Source of the DNA: Pseudomonadota bacterium
GTDB taxonomy: Bacteria > Pseudomonadota > Alphaproteobacteria > Rhodobacterales > Rhodobacteraceae
NCBI GenBank assembly: GCA_039818805.1
Contig: JBCBTE010000001.1
Location: forward strand, 1 to 60,084
Length of the DNA stretch: 60,084 nucleotides
Direction of reading: 5' to 3'
Shown piece by piece: positions 57,171 through 60,084 of the stretch. Made by a program: the position numbers and the translations under genes. How positions within the stretch are numbered: the first letter of the stretch is position 1; every line of letters begins with the position of its first letter. The notes beneath the pieces were generated by a model. That model was not told the origin of the DNA, did not search any database, and worked only from the letters and a program-made list of their open reading frames with translations.

Positions 57171-58994
57171 TCAGAGCGGGGCAGTGGCCGCATCAAGCCA
57201 CGCCTTGACCTCCTCTTGCACGAGAGGCGCGATCTTGCTCCGGCATTGGGCGTGATAATCGTTCAGCCACGCGCGTTCATTGGCACCAAGCGTGTCCATA
57301 TCGATCAAACGGCGGTCGATGGGCACGAAGTTCAGCGTGTCAAAACACAGCATGTCGCGATTGTCACCGCCCGGCAAGGACGGGGCGTTGGACACCACGA
57401 CCAGGTTTTCGATACGGATGCCAAAAGCGCCCTCGCGGTAATAGCCCGGCTCGTTCGACAGGATCATCCCCGGTTGCAACGGTACGGTCGAGGTGCGGGA
57501 CAGGCGTTGCGGGCCTTCGTGCACGCACAAATGCGCCCCCACGCCATGACCGGTGCCATGGTCGTAATCCTGCCCGGCAAGCCACAGCGGATAGCGTGCG
57601 ATCGCGTCAAGGTCACGCCCGGCCAGACCGCGGGGCCACCGCACGCGGCTCATGGCGATCATACCTTGCAGAACTCGGGTGAAAGCGGCGCGCTCGTCCG
57701 GTCCGGCGTCCCCGATGGGCAAGGTGCGCGTGATGTCCGTGGTGCCGTCGCCATATTGCCCGCCACTGTCCAGAACCAGCAATTCGCCGGCTTGCAACGT
57801 GCGGTTCGACGTGGTGCTGACGCGGTAATGGGGCAGGGCGCCATGTGGGCCAGATCCGGCGATGGTGTCAAAACTGATATCCAGCAGTTTTCCGGTGTCG
57901 CGGCGATACGCTTCCAGTTGGCTGACCACGTCAATCTCGGTGATCGAGCCCGGCACTTGCGCGTCGAACCAGCTTAGAAAATTGCACATCGCGGCGGCGT
58001 CGCGCAAATGCGCGGTGCGCGTGGCCCCGATTTCCACGTCGTTCTTGCAGGCCTTGGGAAGAATGCAGGGGTCTTGGCCCCATTCAAAAGACTTTCCCGC
58101 CGCCTGGATCAAGGTGTGGACCGCGTCGGGCGCGCTGGATTTGTCAACACGTAAGGGTGCAGGAAGCTCTGTCAGAACTGTCTGAAACGCGTCAGTAGGT
58201 TCAATTTGTACATCATTTGCCAGATGCGTACACACGGCCGGGTTTAGCTTTTTGTCGTTTACAAAGAGCGTTACCCGGGCGTCATCTTGCAATATTGCAA
58301 AGGCATGGGGGACCGGGTTGCGCGGGATATCCGACCCGCGGATGTTCAAAAGCCACGCAATCGAGTCCGGCAGGGTAATCACCGCGCCGGTCTGACCGGC
58401 CTCGCGCAACGACTTGGCCAGGCGGGCGCGCTTTGAGGCGTGGTCTTCACCGGAAAGGTCATCGGGGTGAACACGCAGAGGACCGACCGGCGCATCGCCA
58501 CGGTCGGTCCAGAGCGTGTCGATGTGGCTATCCCAGGCCGTCACGCGAAAGCCTTTGCCATCCAACCCCGCGCGCAGGGTTTCAATTTCGTCGGCCGTGT
58601 GCAGCCAGCCATCATAGCTGATTTCGCCGCCGTCGGGCAGCGTGTCGATCAGCCAATCTGCCAGCTTTGTCTCTGGCCAGTCGACCGGCACGATCACGTC
58701 GGTGTCGACCTGTTCGCGGGCTTGCGTTCGGTACCTGCCATCGACAAACAGTGCTGCCTTGGTCTGCGTGACGACGCAGAACCCGGCCGAGCCGGTAAAG
58801 CCGGTCAGCCAGGCAAGGCGTTCATCGTTGGGGGCCACGTATTCACCTTGGTAGACATCGGCACGCGGAACGATATGAGCAGCAATGCCCTTGTCGCGCA
58901 GCATGTCCTGCAAGGCGCGTATCCGGGGCGGACCCTGATCCGGGGCGCTTGTTTCGGTGAAGGACTGAAAGACGGTGGGCGCTGTATTGGTCAT
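57171..58994 (-). CDS. Xaa-Pro aminopeptidase (M24)
   Basis: TGFTGSAG, DSGGQY.DGTTDITRT, HGTGHGVG, HEGP, SNEPGYY, GIRIEN. Confidence 0.95.
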   Translation of the reverse strand: MTNTAPTVFQSFTETSAPDQGPPRIRALQDMLRDKGIAAHIVPRADVYQGEYVAPNDERLAWLTGFTGSAGFCVVTQTKAALFVDGRYRTQAREQVDTDVIVPVDWPETKLADWLIDTLPDGGEISYDGWLHTADEIETLRAGLDGKGFRVTAWDSHIDTLWTDRGDAPVGPLRVHPDDLSGEDHASKRARLAKSLREAGQTGAVITLPDSIAWLLNIRGSDIPRNPVPHAFAILQDDARVTLFVNDKKLNPAVCTHLANDVQIEPTDAFQTVLTELPAPLRVDKSSAPDAVHTLIQAAGKSFEWGQDPCILPKACKNDVEIGATRTAHLRDAAAMCNFLSWFDAQVPGSITEIDVVSQLEAYRRDTGKLLDISFDTIAGSGPHGALPHYRVSTTSNRTLQAGELLVLDSGGQYGDGTTDITRTLPIGDAGPDERAAFTRVLQGMIAMSRVRWPRGLAGRDLDAIARYPLWLAGQDYDHGTGHGVGAHLCVHEGPQRLSRTSTVPLQPGMILSNEPGYYREGAFGIRIENLVVVSNAPSLPGGDNRDMLCFDTLNFVPIDRRLIDMDTLGANERAWLNDYHAQCRSKIAPLVQEEVKAWLDAATAPL

Positions 58995-59044
58995 ACCCTT
59001 TGCTAGAGAACCGTCGCCGCAAGTTCAATCCGGATCGGCATGGG

Positions 59045-59491
59045 TCAGCCAAGGCACAGGGATACCCGTTGATCGGCACAAGCGGCGACGCGGTGGGCGT
59101 AGCATGCGCGGTAAGTCTCAAGTTCGAACAGACGCAACAGAGCATCCGGGTTCGGGTAAGTTCCGATGGCCACCAGATCCCATTGTTCCTTGGGGCCGAC
59201 AAAACTGTTTCCAAAAGGGGCAACCAGCAGGAAATGGCCACCCACCTTTGCCAAACTGGGCATACTGACCGCCGCATATCTGTCAAAGGCGGTTTGCCCG
59301 GTCGTCTTCGTGCCATCGGGATAGACAGCCTGTGCATGCAGCTTGAAGAAATTGACCAGCGTGACAGGCGTATCCTCTGGGCACGCTGCAAGCTGGTGCC
59401 AAGCTTCACGTGTGGGATATCCCGGACTGTGGCCGTAGCTTTCGCGTATTGCGTCGATACGGGCGTGAAGCGTGGATTCCTGTCGCGTCAT
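59045..59491 (-). CDS. DUF1330-like protein
   Basis: PVTLVNFFK...Y.DG...TG..AF.RY...KVGG...WD....YP...HR.AA. Confidence 0.75.
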   Translation of the reverse strand: MTRQESTLHARIDAIRESYGHSPGYPTREAWHQLAACPEDTPVTLVNFFKLHAQAVYPDGTKTTGQTAFDRYAAVSMPSLAKVGGHFLLVAPFGNSFVGPKEQWDLVAIGTYPNPDALLRLFELETYRACYAHRVAACADQRVSLCLG

Positions 59492-59578
59492 CTGATGTCT
59501 CCATTGACTGTTTCCTGAGCCGTTGCGTGTAACGTAAGAAACCGCTATCTTGTTGCAAGTAGGCAGTTTTTTCGAACC

Positions 59579-59598
59579 TGGTACGTAAATGCGTACCA
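59579..59598. promoter_or_regulatory. Candidate HxlR operator in the divergent intergenic region
   Basis: TGGTACG-TAAATG-CGTACCA inverted repeat. Confidence 0.5.
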
Positions 59599-59612
59599 AT
59601 GGACCGTACAGG

Positions 59613-59996
59613 ATGCCGATGGCCAGAACACTGATCACACCAGCCCCGATTTCACCCTCGGCAGAGGGTCTTTGCCGTTTACCATGCCCGATGCCCGACA
59701 TCGTTCCGATGATTGGCGGCAAGTGGAAGCTGATCATCCTGCAGATTCTGATTTTTGACGGCACGCAGCGGTTCGGTGCGTTGAAACGCCGGCTAGACGG
59801 GGTCACGCAGACCATGCTGACCCAGCAGCTGCGCGCGCTGGAACGGGATGGTTTGGTGTCCCGCGAAACCTATGCCGAGATGCCACCACGGGTCGAGTAT
59901 TCGGCAACACCTCTGGCCATGGATTTGCAGGGCGTATTCTTTGCCATGCGTGATTGGTGGAAACGCAACCACCCGGAGGTGGACGACCGGGCCTAG
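59613..59996 (+). CDS. HxlR-family winged-HTH regulator
   Basis: CP...IGGKWKLIIL, RFGALKR, LTQQLRALERDGLV, PPRVEYS; start uncertain. Confidence 0.92.
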   Translation: MPMARTLITPAPISPSAEGLCRLPCPMPDIVPMIGGKWKLIILQILIFDGTQRFGALKRRLDGVTQTMLTQQLRALERDGLVSRETYAEMPPRVEYSATPLAMDLQGVFFAMRDWWKRNHPEVDDRA

Positions 59997-60084
59997 CCGG
60001 CCTTGCGCATCCCCATAACCCTGGCTCGGGCACGCCCTGCAAATCCATGGCCAGAGGTGTTGCCGAATACTCGACCCGTGGTGG

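Noticed and set aside
1-60084. tRNA, rRNA, CRISPR arrays, retron or reverse transcriptase
   Set aside because: None recognised by eye; a tRNAscan/Infernal run would be needed to exclude small RNAs

Overview
Alphaproteobacterial (Roseobacter/Rhodobacteraceae-like) chromosome segment in two parts. (1) 1 to ~26.5 kb is one end of an integrative conjugative element inserted in the 5' end of dusA. It has a divergent dusA-associated tyrosine integrase and a Tn4371/ICEMlSym-like backbone: DUF2840, RepA with internal iterons, RdfS, FseA made by a +1 programmed frameshift, QseM, an XRE regulator, DUF736, DUF2493, a toprim protein, DUF6915/DUF6878, ParB and DUF932. It also carries a compact defence cargo: an AbiE type IV toxin-antitoxin pair, a Shango-like TerB/ATPase/helicase triad, and a five-gene operon of four TIR proteins plus a stand-alone SLOG protein (Thoeris type III-like) interrupted by an intact IS630. 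(2) ~26.5-60 kb is mostly core genome: dusA, yqgF, ccmI, soxBDAG (with a three-gene insert), a Hint protein, sodB, LOG, LysM, entericidin, an Atm1-like ABC transporter, an RND pump, yfgM-bamB-der, an RTX protein, a TspO-like protein, a desaturase, aminopeptidase P and HxlR. The most interesting signals are the TIR4-SLOG operon and its IS lesion, the frameshift-controlled ICE switch, and repeated structured leaders in front of the ICE backbone genes. Family assignments come from motifs recognised by eye, not from database searches.
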